A program made the position numbers and the translations under genes. From sequence record NC_008515.1: DNA of 64,000 nucleotides; one strand, written 5' to 3'. Shown one piece after another: positions 10,138-18,743 of this stretch; position 1 is the first letter of the stretch; each line of letters opens with the position of its first letter. The notes under the pieces were generated by a model. It made no database searches. It worked only from the letters and a program-made list of their open reading frames with translations, and had not been told where the DNA came from. The DNA comes from Escherichia phage RB32.

Positions 10138-10445
10138 CGTAAATTCCCTGCAATTGGTATACTAACAATACGCCCAGTATCTAAAATTCGCTGATATAAT
10201 CTTTGTGTGTCTACGTCAGGCTTAACATGTTTAACTTCTATTTTATTAAACCAAAACTTGCGTGGAGTCTCAACTAATCTTGGAATTCCCTTACCTAAAG
10301 CTAGTTGATACTGCTCTTTAAGAGTGGTAAATACTTTATCAGCAATCTTCCATTCAAAAAATACAGCAGGACGATGTTCATCAAGCGGAACTGGCGCCGT
10401 AAATCCGTCTTTGTCTCGGTAAACTATCGCATATACATAAACCAT
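10134..10445 (-). CDS. hypothetical protein (dda.1 position)
   Basis: 103-aa ORF, ATGA overlap with dda. Confidence 0.55.
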   Translation of the reverse strand: MVYVYAIVYRDKDGFTAPVPLDEHRPAVFFEWKIADKVFTTLKEQYQLALGKGIPRLVETPRKFWFNKIEVKHVKPDVDTQRLYQRILDTGRIVSIPIAGNLR

Positions 10446-10446
10446 A

Positions 10447-11193
10447 TTATCCTCGGATAAGTTTAAAAATTGAACAATCTAGCGGGTATCCTCTTTTTAA
10501 TTTGAGTTTATCAATAAATGACAAGTTTTGAAACCGCTCTACACCTTGAATAATTTTATCACACATATCATATTGCATTTCTGCTTCTGACAACTTTTTC
10601 ACAATTTTCCAATCCGAGCCTTTAAGAAGAACGTTCAGTTTAACAACTTCAGCGCCTTCTGCTATGCGAGAACCATCAATACGAGCTTTAAGTGCTATAA
10701 TCGTTAGCTTAACGTCAGAAGTTTGTTTTGATTTAGAAAGCTGAGAAATGTGTTCAATTCGGTTTTCACGTTTTTTCTGTATAGCTTTAATTTGATTATA
10801 AGTCTTTTTGATTTTAGCCCATTTCTTTTCATCTAAATTTAGTTTATGAACTTTTTTCGCAGATGAACGACCAATTCGCAAAGCAAACAAATCACGTTTT
10901 TCAATTAACTCCTCTAAAGTATAATCAGAACGAAATGTATTATACTTTTTCTTTACTGCAATAACATTCCCTTTAATGTATCCAACGTTATTATCAAAAC
11001 GTTCTAATGATAATTTCTCTCCTTCAATACGATTATCAAAAGGTTCTCCCGAGTAAGCACAAACTTTTTGGTCTAAAATGTTCTTAATGTAATTGAAGTC
11101 TAAGTTAAAATCTTTAGAACGTCTTTTTGCAGATGCCTGAGTATGCTCTAAACGACGTTTAATTTTACGAATTTGATTATTAGACAGCTTCAT
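10447..11193 (-). CDS. srd: basic protein at the srd position
   Basis: 248-aa Lys/Arg-rich ORF between dda.1 and modA; assignment by map position and size only. Confidence 0.45.
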   Translation of the reverse strand: MKLSNNQIRKIKRRLEHTQASAKRRSKDFNLDFNYIKNILDQKVCAYSGEPFDNRIEGEKLSLERFDNNVGYIKGNVIAVKKKYNTFRSDYTLEELIEKRDLFALRIGRSSAKKVHKLNLDEKKWAKIKKTYNQIKAIQKKRENRIEHISQLSKSKQTSDVKLTIIALKARIDGSRIAEGAEVVKLNVLLKGSDWKIVKKLSEAEMQYDMCDKIIQGVERFQNLSFIDKLKLKRGYPLDCSIFKLIRG

Positions 11194-11231
11194 ATTTTTC
11201 TCACATCTTACGGACGATTTAATACTTTATT

Positions 11232-11261
11232 ACTATAACATTTTTACCTTAACTTGTAAAC
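11232..11261 (-). promoter_or_regulatory. early promoter (-35 GTTTACA, 17-bp spacer, -10 TATAGT)
   Basis: minus strand GTTTACAagttaaggtaaaaatgtTATAGT upstream of 11193 start. Confidence 0.45.
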
Positions 11262-11318
11262 AACTTTATGTAAAAATGCTTTAAAAATTTCATGGTATAA
11301 TGAATCTAAGTCCTTCCA

Positions 11319-11921
11319 TTATAGATTAAATCCTTCAAAATCAAGAGTATAGATAGTGTATGTTGAATACTTTTTGTACTCATATCTATCTGCAATTCTA
11401 AATACACTTCCAGCTGGTATCATTACTTCTTGTTCATCTGAAACTAATTCCATATTACGATAGCGATGACTATCCGGAAACTTAAAGTTTGGATTGTATT
11501 CTTTACAGCGTAGAGCTTTTATAGCATACTCCTGGAAATTGAATACCATAGGAGCTTTGAATTCAAAAATAACTTGTGTGTTATACTCTAAACCAGAAGC
11601 AAAATGTAGAGCTATATTTTTATCATATGAAGCTGATACGACTTTATCAAATGTAATAATATCAATTCCTTGATTTAATACTTGCTTAGTCTCGACTGGA
11701 ACACCTCTCCAAAGAGGTTTATCGTTTGGAACCAAACGAGATTTGATTATTTCATTTAACCAAGTATGGTCATCTGGTTTGTTGGTAATACAATGAATTA
11801 AAAGTTCAATTTCAGATAAATTAAACCCTTCAGAAAGTAATTCTTCACGAATAGAAGCACGCACCGATGCATCCATTGATTTTATTTTAAAATCTTTTAG
11901 TTGCATTACTGAGTATTTCAT
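11319..11921 (-). CDS. modA: ADP-ribosyltransferase ModA
   Basis: 200-aa ORF, same length and position as T4 ModA; sequence-related to the adjacent 207-aa ORF. Confidence 0.7.
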   Translation of the reverse strand: MKYSVMQLKDFKIKSMDASVRASIREELLSEGFNLSEIELLIHCITNKPDDHTWLNEIIKSRLVPNDKPLWRGVPVETKQVLNQGIDIITFDKVVSASYDKNIALHFASGLEYNTQVIFEFKAPMVFNFQEYAIKALRCKEYNPNFKFPDSHRYRNMELVSDEQEVMIPAGSVFRIADRYEYKKYSTYTIYTLDFEGFNL

Positions 11922-12541
11922 TCAACTACCTCAATATCATAAACTTTAAATGTTCCAAATGAATCGTGTAATTTTTCTTTTGAAATAGAAGTTATTCTAT
12001 ACTTTCCAATTGGAATCATCCATTCTTGTTCACGCACAATCATCATTAAGTTATCAGTACGTTCTGAATCTAATCCATCAGTATCTTCATACGTGTACTT
12101 AAACTCAGTATTAGGAGAAGAAAGTATAATATCGCTGATATGGTCAGAATAATTAAAAGCTTTATCAGTTTTTAAGCGAAATATTATTTCAGTGAAATAC
12201 TCAACATAAGAAAAACCACATGCTGTGTGCAAACTAGTAGTAAATGAATCTACCCTGTTCGTTGAAAACACTTCTCCAACTTGTAAATCTTTAATGAGTT
12301 CTTTTGTCGATTTTGATATACCACGATATAACTGATATGGTGATTTAGTTAAATGCTTTTTAATGATTTTATTCAACTGCCTATGAAGAGCTTCATTCTT
12401 TTTGGCTTCCATACATTGCCAAAGAATTGACTGTTCAAAGTCAGTAAATTTTTCACAGACCTTTTTATACATATCATATTGAAAATCAACGCTTTCAGCT
12501 TTTATAGATAACTGTTCAACATCTGCAAGATTAATAATCAT
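11918..12541 (-). CDS. modB: ADP-ribosyltransferase ModB
   Basis: 207-aa ORF immediately upstream of modA with ATGA overlap; length equals T4 ModB. Confidence 0.7.
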   Translation of the reverse strand: MIINLADVEQLSIKAESVDFQYDMYKKVCEKFTDFEQSILWQCMEAKKNEALHRQLNKIIKKHLTKSPYQLYRGISKSTKELIKDLQVGEVFSTNRVDSFTTSLHTACGFSYVEYFTEIIFRLKTDKAFNYSDHISDIILSSPNTEFKYTYEDTDGLDSERTDNLMMIVREQEWMIPIGKYRITSISKEKLHDSFGTFKVYDIEVVE

Positions 12542-12567
12542 GATAGCCTCCGTATACTTCAGAAGCT

Positions 12568-12597
12568 ATCATATCATTGTTAGAAAGGAAAGTAAAC
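12568..12597 (-). promoter_or_regulatory. early promoter (-35 GTTTAC, -10 TATGAT)
   Basis: minus strand GTTTACtttcctttctaacaatgaTATGAT upstream of modB. Confidence 0.45.
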
Positions 12598-12608
12598 AAC
12601 TTTTTGAA

Positions 12609-12791
12609 TTATTTTGCCCAGGGAGCCCAAGGCGGAGGGTCAAGATGGTATGAAGCTAGTTCTTCTAGAAGAGCATCTGGGGCTTCAATTCCATAATTCT
12701 GTAATACTATACGGTACTCTTTCTTATAATCACTAGAATCATTCTGGTTATTCGTAGAATGATTATCTTCTAACATCTCAAATAAATCCAT
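12609..12791 (-). CDS. hypothetical acidic small protein
   Basis: 60-aa ORF. Confidence 0.5.
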   Translation of the reverse strand: MDLFEMLEDNHSTNNQNDSSDYKKEYRIVLQNYGIEAPDALLEELASYHLDPPPWAPWAK

Positions 12792-12799
12792 ATTAATTC

Positions 12800-13270
12800 C
12801 TAGCGATAAAAACCAAAATGACGATTAGCTTCAGCAATCTTTCTTTCTTCTTCGGACATTCTCCAGCGTAGTCCAACATCAAAATGAGCCCAGACCATCT
12901 TAACAAATGCATTTATATCTTTAATATCTTCAATAATGAATGTTTTACTTTTAAAAGGCTGACTCGCTAATTTAACTTTATCATCTTCAAACAGGTCAAA
13001 AAGACCATATTCGTGAGCTCTTTTATAGCCTTTAATAGTTAAAGCTTCAGAAGAAGAAAATGGTGAATCTGTATTCTGCAAAATATCTTCAGTATGCTTT
13101 ATAATTAGAATAATATTTTCTGGATATTTTCTTTCTTTTATATCTTTAATTAAAATATCCGGATTTTCTGCTAAAGGAATAATTAACGAGCAATTTTTAT
13201 CAAGTGTATTTACTGATTTACCTTCTTTAGACATAAATCCTATTGAATACAGTTTTGCTACTTCAATCAT
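12800..13270 (-). CDS. hypothetical protein (possibly mrh-region)
   Basis: 156-aa ORF. Confidence 0.55.
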   Translation of the reverse strand: MIEVAKLYSIGFMSKEGKSVNTLDKNCSLIIPLAENPDILIKDIKERKYPENIILIIKHTEDILQNTDSPFSSSEALTIKGYKRAHEYGLFDLFEDDKVKLASQPFKSKTFIIEDIKDINAFVKMVWAHFDVGLRWRMSEEERKIAEANRHFGFYR

Positions 13271-13415
13271 GTGATTTCCTCTTGCCTACTAATGGACCAT
13301 CAGGAATTTTGTTTTCCTGGATATACTTCTCATTTTCTTCCATCATTTTACTACCGATTTTAAGAAGCAAATCCAACGCTTCATTTGCTTTAACCTTAGC
13401 TTCTTCTAATGTCAT
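13263..13415 (-). CDS. small hypothetical protein, below ORF-track cutoff
   Basis: 50-codon ORF read by hand ([50 protein letters not shown]); overlaps next start; weak RBS. Confidence 0.3.
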   Translation of the reverse strand: MTLEEAKVKANEALDLLLKIGSKMMEENEKYIQENKIPDGPLVGKRKSHD

Positions 13416-13423
13416 ATCTTTGT

Positions 13424-13627
13424 TCACGATTTATCCCCATAGATGTCTCTCATCAATTTAAGCGCTGAGCGTTCTAGTTTCTTTTCTTTCTCAGCACTAA
13501 TCATTGATTTCATCCATTCTTCTGATTCGTTCTGCATTTCTTTATTTGCTTGTTCAACCCAACCATCGTCAATGTACATTGAGTTTGGTCTATTGAACCA
13601 TTCAAACATTTTCTTCAGAACTTTCAT
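13424..13627 (-). CDS. hypothetical small protein
   Basis: 67-aa ORF; its first 21 codons lie inside copy 1 of the 91-bp tandem repeat. Confidence 0.5.
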   Translation of the reverse strand: MKVLKKMFEWFNRPNSMYIDDGWVEQANKEMQNESEEWMKSMISAEKEKKLERSALKLMRDIYGDKS

Positions 13628-13745
13628 TTGTTTTACCTAAAACAACAGTAGGAGCATCGTCAATGTACATTGAGTTTGGTCTATTGAACCATTCAAACAT
13701 TTTCTTCAGAACTTTCATTTGTTTTACCTAAAACAACAGTAGGAG
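13564..13745. repeat. perfect tandem duplication, 2 x 91 bp
   Basis: 13564..13654 is identical to 13655..13745 (catcgtcaatgtacattgagtttggtctattgaacc...aacagtaggag). Confidence 0.85.
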
Positions 13746-14190
13746 CATCATCAAATTCATGAATTTTTAGCAAATTTGGATGTAAACTATTCCATACAGA
13801 AGAAATAAAGTATGATAACGCATCTTCACTCGCAATTATAAATTTGTTTCCTTTGTCTATTTTCCAGTTATATACTGAATCGTACGAATAAAAAGATAAG
13901 GGTTTATCATTATATTGTTCTGCGCTAACATTAATGTATTCGGATTTAGTAAATGCTTCAATTGCTCTAAATGGAATATTTGGTACAGTTTCAATAATAC
14001 CAATCTTTTTAAGTTTTATTTCAGCATCTTCTGGAACTGGCATTGAAACGAAATTTTCTACGAGATACATTGGGTCACAATAACCCTTATCAATCATTAC
14101 GGCTACAGTAATTGGAACATCTTTAGCAAACGACATGCTATTACTGCTAATATACATTTCAAACAAAATCGCTTCCATAATTTTCCTCAA
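13693..14190 (-). CDS. hypothetical protein
   Basis: 165-aa ORF; last 53 nt lie inside copy 2 of the 91-bp tandem repeat. Confidence 0.55.
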   Translation of the reverse strand: MRKIMEAILFEMYISSNSMSFAKDVPITVAVMIDKGYCDPMYLVENFVSMPVPEDAEIKLKKIGIIETVPNIPFRAIEAFTKSEYINVSAEQYNDKPLSFYSYDSVYNWKIDKGNKFIIASEDALSYFISSVWNSLHPNLLKIHEFDDAPTVVLGKTNESSEENV

Positions 14191-14531
14191 TCACAAGATG
14201 TAGATGAACAACTAGAATCACAAGAACTTCCGCATGAATCGCCCGTCCATACATGAACAGGAACATTAGTATCATATGAATCAGAACTAGACTGTGTATT
14301 CTGTGTGTTAGATGATGTAGTAGGTGTTGACCAGCGCCAAGGATTTTTATAATATTCTTGGGCTTCTTCATAAGTCATAGTAACTGCTTCTACTGTTCCA
14401 TCTCCCATATAAACATACTCAACTACAGTTAAAGGAAGGTAGTCATTTGAAATAGGAACTACACCTTCCCCAGGAGTCGTAGAGAAAAAATCCGTAAAGA
14501 AACTTTTAAACCAATTAAAGATAAACATCAC
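14187..14531 (-). CDS. hypothetical protein with Ser/Cys-rich low-complexity C-terminus
   Basis: 114-aa ORF ending ...[17 protein letters not shown]. Confidence 0.5.
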   Translation of the reverse strand: MMFIFNWFKSFFTDFFSTTPGEGVVPISNDYLPLTVVEYVYMGDGTVEAVTMTYEEAQEYYKNPWRWSTPTTSSNTQNTQSSSDSYDTNVPVHVWTGDSCGSSCDSSCSSTSCD

Positions 14532-14740
14532 AAAAATCCTCTTTGAAATTCGACTCTTTGAAATCCACCCCAGTCAGTATATCGCATTTCAGCATTGAAC
14601 TCGACTGAACCATCTGCATGCATCATGAATGAATGCGTGACGACATCACAATCCCAGCTTTTCATACCCCATTTATCAGCGATAGCTTTATCAAGAACCT
14701 TCTGGAGGTCTTCATTTGGTTTAATCCAACGATTTAACAT
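14528..14740 (-). CDS. hypothetical protein
   Basis: 70-aa ORF with early promoter upstream. Confidence 0.55.
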   Translation of the reverse strand: MLNRWIKPNEDLQKVLDKAIADKWGMKSWDCDVVTHSFMMHADGSVEFNAEMRYTDWGGFQRVEFQRGFL

Positions 14741-14766
14741 AGTGTTCTCCTCTATAAGATATTTTT

Positions 14767-14796
14767 ATTATACCACACTCATTTTGACATGTAAAC
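14767..14796 (-). promoter_or_regulatory. early promoter (-35 GTTTACA, -10 TATAAT)
   Basis: minus strand GTTTACAtgtcaaaatgagtgtggTATAAT. Confidence 0.45.
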
Positions 14797-14810
14797 CATA
14801 AAATGAAAAA

Positions 14811-14830
14811 AGGAATCCCGGAGGATTCCT
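14811..14830 (-). terminator. hairpin after the soc stop (AGGAAUCC-UCCG-GGAUUCCU)
   Basis: plus strand aggaatcccggaggattcct followed by T-run on the transcript. Confidence 0.45.
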
Positions 14831-14838
14831 TAAATTAT

Positions 14839-15096
14839 TTAACCACCGACACCAGGTGTCGGTGTAACAGTCCAAAGACCTTCATTAGCAGTGATCCATC
14901 CAGTACGCTGATTTTCTTCATATACTGTAGAATATGCTGCTTTTTCAGAAGGGAATGTCTGATAATGAGCACCAGAAATTTTGTGAACATCAGAATAAAG
15001 AGGGAAAGCTACAGAAATTTCTTTACCCTGAATTGTACCACCATCAACTGCTTGGTCAAATGTTTTGATATTAACATAACCGCGAGTACTAGCCAT
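14839..15096 (-). CDS. soc: small outer capsid protein Soc
   Basis: MASTRGYVNIKTF...VAFPLYSDVHKISGAHYQTFPSEKAAYSTVYEENQRT, near-identical to T4 Soc as recalled; 85 aa. Confidence 0.9.
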   Translation of the reverse strand: MASTRGYVNIKTFDQAVDGGTIQGKEISVAFPLYSDVHKISGAHYQTFPSEKAAYSTVYEENQRTGWITANEGLWTVTPTPGVGG

Positions 15097-15164
15097 GTAA
15101 TTCTCCTTTTATTTAAATTACATGATTATTTATAATAAATTCTCGCGGCTTTTAAGACGAACTG

Positions 15165-15683
15165 TTAATAACCTCGGTCTTGACGAGCAAAGTTTTCAGC
15201 ATTTTTCAGATAATAAAGTTTAAAGATTTCTTCTGCTGTAAGACCAAGACCTTGGAACATGTTCAGAACGAAATGGAGAATATCAATCATTTCAAATTTA
15301 ATTTCCAATTGGTCTTGTGGAGACAAATCAGTAATCAGAGTTTCACGGCGTTCACCATGCTGCGACTTCCAAGGCTTCCATACAGCAGATGCATCTTTTT
15401 CACCATTGCTCATACCACCAAGAGAAGTCAGAAGTTCGCGGAATTCATCATCAATATAATCTTTCTGATTGCGTAGCCAATCAACAACTTCACCTGCAGT
15501 AGCCAAGTCATCAGGATGACGATTATATTCAGGTTTATCTTTAGCTAAACGAACCTGCAAAGATTTCTGCATATCAAGCATAACCTGCAGCGGGTCTTTT
15601 TCATCACCGAGAATATCCCAATATTCATTTTGAGCTTTATCAGCGCCTTCAATCAGTTGTGAACATTCGTTAAAGTAAGCCAT
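15165..15683 (-). CDS. 56: dCTPase/dUTPase (dCTP pyrophosphatase, MazG-like)
   Basis: ORF track 15165..15776; conserved gp56 sequence begins at the internal Met (MAYFNECSQLIEGADKAQNEYWDILG) at 15683, giving 172 aa. Confidence 0.85.
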   Translation of the reverse strand: MAYFNECSQLIEGADKAQNEYWDILGDEKDPLQVMLDMQKSLQVRLAKDKPEYNRHPDDLATAGEVVDWLRNQKDYIDDEFRELLTSLGGMSNGEKDASAVWKPWKSQHGERRETLITDLSPQDQLEIKFEMIDILHFVLNMFQGLGLTAEEIFKLYYLKNAENFARQDRGY

Positions 15684-15754
15684 TATTTTTCCTTTCAATT
15701 CATGGGTTAGTAGATTAATTATACAATAAATATATAAAGCAATAAGGAGGACAT

Positions 15755-15955
15755 ATGGTACAAAAATTAATGGCACTTGTTAATGCCATCAAAGGTAATA
15801 AAAAGCGTATAGCTTTTACTATTTCTGTTATGGTAGGAATTTTACTCTGGAACTTTATTTTATCACCAATTGCAATTGCGCATGGTGTTAATATTCCAGT
15901 AGTTACTCTTGATACATTTGTAGATTTAGCATTTGCTTTAGTTGGGTTAATTTAA
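15755..15955 (+). CDS. small hydrophobic membrane protein on the opposite strand
   Basis: 66-aa ORF preceded by AAGGAGG 5 nt before ATG; two predicted TM segments; stop overlaps the gp61 stop. Confidence 0.5.
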   Translation: MVQKLMALVNAIKGNKKRIAFTISVMVGILLWNFILSPIAIAHGVNIPVVTLDTFVDLAFALVGLI

Positions 15956-16980
15956 ATCTTAGCATATTTAGATAACCGCATTTTAGCCATTAACCCCTGG
16001 GCAATATTATTTTTCATATATTCCATAATTTGTTCAGGGGTTGCACCTTCCTTTCTAATCATATCATTAACATCTTTTGATTTCCAGGGAGATTTATCCC
16101 AAAACATAACCCTTTCTCCTGCATCAACTAATTTAGTCATCCGTTTAATAGTGTCAGGGTGACGAGGTTCATTATCTAAGACCCACACTCGTCTATCTTT
16201 AAATGGAACAATTTCTAGGTCTAATTGACCACCCGTAATAGCTATACCATTTTCAATGAAAAGGGAATCGATAGGTCCTTCTAGAACATATACATCGCCA
16301 TCTTTAACTCGTTCGACTCCATAGATTTTTGTTGCCTCAGGATAAGCTTTGATGGTGATATATTTTTGAGGAGCATCTTTCTTTAATGCACGCCCTTGAA
16401 ACGACTCGGCTTTTCCGTTAGCATTATAAATTGGAATAACAAGACGAGGCTCAGGTATTTCCTTTTTATATGTTCCCGGTGCTATGCTATTAACTAATTT
16501 AGGCCATTCGGTTGTAAACCAAAGATATTTCCATTTATCCTTTGGAATACAACGAGCTTTTACATATTTTATAATTGCATGGTCTTCCGCCAGTTTATCT
16601 AATCTAACGCATGACGGAAGAGATTTAATTATTTTCTTCTCAGGTTGTTTAGGAAGTTCTTTAGGTTTTTCTACTGGACGACTTTTACCTTTTTCTTTTC
16701 TTATTTCAAAGATATACTCACGATATAAATCAGGTTCAAACTCCTTTAAATATATTCCGATTGGTGCATGATAGTTACAGTTATAGCAATGAATATTTCC
16801 TTCATTATTATCACCATAATACCATCCACGAGCTTTATTCTGGTCGGTTTTTGAATCTCCACAAACAGGGCATCTAAACCGTAATTTAAAAGTTGAACTA
16901 TTATTTACTTGTGTGAATTTAGGTAAATGAGCTAATGCACGATACGCAAATTCATTATCAATCCAAGGTATTGATGACAT
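15952..16980 (-). CDS. 61: DNA primase
   Basis: 342-aa ORF, N-terminal zinc ribbon CPVCGDS...CYNCNYH; length equals T4 gp61. Confidence 0.9.
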   Translation of the reverse strand: MSSIPWIDNEFAYRALAHLPKFTQVNNSSTFKLRFRCPVCGDSKTDQNKARGWYYGDNNEGNIHCYNCNYHAPIGIYLKEFEPDLYREYIFEIRKEKGKSRPVEKPKELPKQPEKKIIKSLPSCVRLDKLAEDHAIIKYVKARCIPKDKWKYLWFTTEWPKLVNSIAPGTYKKEIPEPRLVIPIYNANGKAESFQGRALKKDAPQKYITIKAYPEATKIYGVERVKDGDVYVLEGPIDSLFIENGIAITGGQLDLEIVPFKDRRVWVLDNEPRHPDTIKRMTKLVDAGERVMFWDKSPWKSKDVNDMIRKEGATPEQIMEYMKNNIAQGLMAKMRLSKYAKI

Positions 16981-16982
16981 TT

Positions 16983-17147
16983 TTACTCTTCTTTTTCTTT
17001 AGATTCCTCTTTTTTCTTTTTAGGAATCTGTTCAGGACCTTTATTTACTACAGCGCCTGATGTTGTTCCAGTAGAGATATTTTCAGGACTACCACCTGAA
17101 TCTCCAGCGACCATATCTTCTTTGATAAATTCTTTATATGTTTTCAT
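16983..17147 (-). CDS. small Lys/Glu-rich protein with capsid-targeting-like N-terminus, below ORF-track cutoff
   Basis: 54-codon ORF read by hand: MKTYKEFIKEDMVAGDSGGSPENISTGTTSGAVVNKGPEQIPKKKKEESKEKEE; GAGG 7 nt upstream; 2 nt before gp61 ATG. Confidence 0.4.
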   Translation of the reverse strand: MKTYKEFIKEDMVAGDSGGSPENISTGTTSGAVVNKGPEQIPKKKKEESKEKEE

Positions 17148-17192
17148 ATTAACCTCTATTCATAAAAGCATTAAAAATTTGGTCATCAATAG
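17145..17192. repeat. 48-bp direct repeat, copy A (3' end of the 118-aa gene plus RBS/ATG of the next gene)
   Basis: catattaacctctattcataaaagcattaaaaatttggtcatcaatag; copy B at 17503..17550 differs at one position. Confidence 0.8.
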
Positions 17193-17505
17193 ATGGCGCA
17201 GTAATATTTTCTGCATCATTTAGCAAATCATTAATTTCATCAGATAGCATAACACATGTACCTTTATTTCCTGTAATTGTTACTGCGCAATTACGAACGT
17301 TTTCTTTATTAAATTTTAGGTTAATATTTTCGTAATGAAAATCCTTTAATGCTGAATATATTTTTAAAATAAAATTGTCTTTTACTACAATAAACCCAAC
17401 CTCACTATTAAAACGTGGTTCATGGAAACTGTAATAAACCTTTTCATCTATAAAATCGTATGAAATTTTTTCCATTTTTAAATATGAAAATTCAGAACTA
17501 TACAT
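17149..17505 (-). CDS. hypothetical protein; C-terminal 14 aa shared with the upstream gene
   Basis: 118-aa ORF ending SIDDQIFNAFMNRG; flanked by the two 48-bp repeat copies. Confidence 0.55.
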   Translation of the reverse strand: MYSSEFSYLKMEKISYDFIDEKVYYSFHEPRFNSEVGFIVVKDNFILKIYSALKDFHYENINLKFNKENVRNCAVTITGNKGTCVMLSDEINDLLNDAENITAPSIDDQIFNAFMNRG

Positions 17506-17550
17506 ATTAACCTTTATTCATAAAAGCATTAAAAATTTGGTCATCAATAG
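17503..17550. repeat. 48-bp direct repeat, copy B
   Basis: catattaacctttattcataaaagcattaaaaatttggtcatcaatag. Confidence 0.8.
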
Positions 17551-18127
17551 AAACATTTACTTTAGACTGTTTTTCTGATGGTAATTCATATCCACATATT
17601 ACAATTTTGTGATCAATATCAAAATACACAGAAGCAATATGATTAATGATGTTTTCAGTAAAGTCTAAATCAACATCAATATCTTTTTGACCACAGCCCA
17701 AAGGATAAATAATGCGAGTAATTCGATTATCTTTAACAAATATTCCACCGACATACTCTGTGCTGCGTTTAAAGTCTACACGCCGACGAAATGAAAAATA
17801 TTCAGGCTCTCTATGAGCTCGGCTCATAGGACACAACGAGTAACTAGAATAAGAGATGTCAAATCCTACGCCTTCGATATGAGCCAAAGTGTCATGATTA
17901 AACCAATTATAATCGTACGCCAAATCCATTAGATTATAATATGTAAAAGGCACCGGATTAACATCATTAGTCACAAGCATGTAATTAGCAACTGCTATAA
18001 TTTCATTGTTTTTAACGAATACAAACCGTGATTGATGCGAATGACCTGGACCCGCGTTTTCACGATTAATGATATAACACTGAGACTTTTTATATTTGTA
18101 AGAATCATACTTATACATTTGAAACAT
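17507..18127 (-). CDS. hypothetical protein (61.2-like position)
   Basis: 206-aa ORF ending VSIDDQIFNAFMNKG. Confidence 0.55.
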   Translation of the reverse strand: MFQMYKYDSYKYKKSQCYIINRENAGPGHSHQSRFVFVKNNEIIAVANYMLVTNDVNPVPFTYYNLMDLAYDYNWFNHDTLAHIEGVGFDISYSSYSLCPMSRAHREPEYFSFRRRVDFKRSTEYVGGIFVKDNRITRIIYPLGCGQKDIDVDLDFTENIINHIASVYFDIDHKIVICGYELPSEKQSKVNVSIDDQIFNAFMNKG

Positions 18128-18420
18128 TATTCACCTACCACTTCAGCAATGATATTTTTGTTATTAAAGTTTTTATCGCAATACAGAACATAATTATACT
18201 GCATTACACCACCAGACTTAAGCTGTTTTTGCACTTCAGCTTTCATTTCAGGACGATCACGCTTAACGATATTCATAATATCTGCTTCAATTTGAGTTTC
18301 AACCTCAGTCTGATCCGCAGTCATAGACCATTCGCACAAATCTTTATCATAACCTGCCATAGCAGGCTGAGCAGCACAAGAAGCTAAAGCAAAAATTGTG
18401 GCAAAGATAAATTTTTTCAT
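18127..18420 (-). CDS. sp: Spackle periplasmic protein (superinfection exclusion)
   Basis: ORF track 18127..18468; signal peptide begins at internal Met MKKFIFATIFALASCAAQPAMA, giving 97 aa as in T4 Sp. Confidence 0.8.
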   Translation of the reverse strand: MKKFIFATIFALASCAAQPAMAGYDKDLCEWSMTADQTEVETQIEADIMNIVKRDRPEMKAEVQKQLKSGGVMQYNYVLYCDKNFNNKNIIAEVVGE

Positions 18421-18481
18421 GATTAATCTCCTCAGTAGTTTATGTTTATATAGTATCTCAATTTCCAATAAAAGTAAACAG

Positions 18482-18742
18482 TTATTTTAAAACTTTTGCG
18501 TAATCACATGTTACAAACTGTTTCTCTAGCTTAACGATCTTACGAAAATACCTTTTACACTGACGAATCTGTCGCTTCGTAGGACGTACAGCAAACTTAA
18601 TAAATTCCACTCGACCAAATGGAGGACTTTCTTCTGCTGGAATATCTAACACCAATTCCCACGTATCTGCAATAAGTGCTTTGAATTGCGTATTTTTCCT
18701 GACGTTATACGGAGTAGTAGGTTTAAATAAAACAATATGCAT
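18482..18742 (-). CDS. hypothetical protein (61.4 position)
   Basis: ORF track 18482..18784; internal Met at 18742 avoids overlap with dmd. Confidence 0.5.
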   Translation of the reverse strand: MHIVLFKPTTPYNVRKNTQFKALIADTWELVLDIPAEESPPFGRVEFIKFAVRPTKRQIRQCKRYFRKIVKLEKQFVTCDYAKVLK

Positions 18743-18743
18743 A

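Noticed and set aside
14159-14371. His/Leu-rich 70-aa minus-strand ORF
   Set aside because: Alternative frame overlapping two better-supported ORFs (13693..14190 and 14187..14531); composition is an artefact of the Ser/Cys-rich frame.
15684-15776. Hydrophobic N-terminal extension of the gene 56 ORF
   Set aside because: Conserved gp56 sequence begins at the internal Met at 15683; the extension runs through intergenic/promoter sequence and overlaps the plus-strand ORF start.
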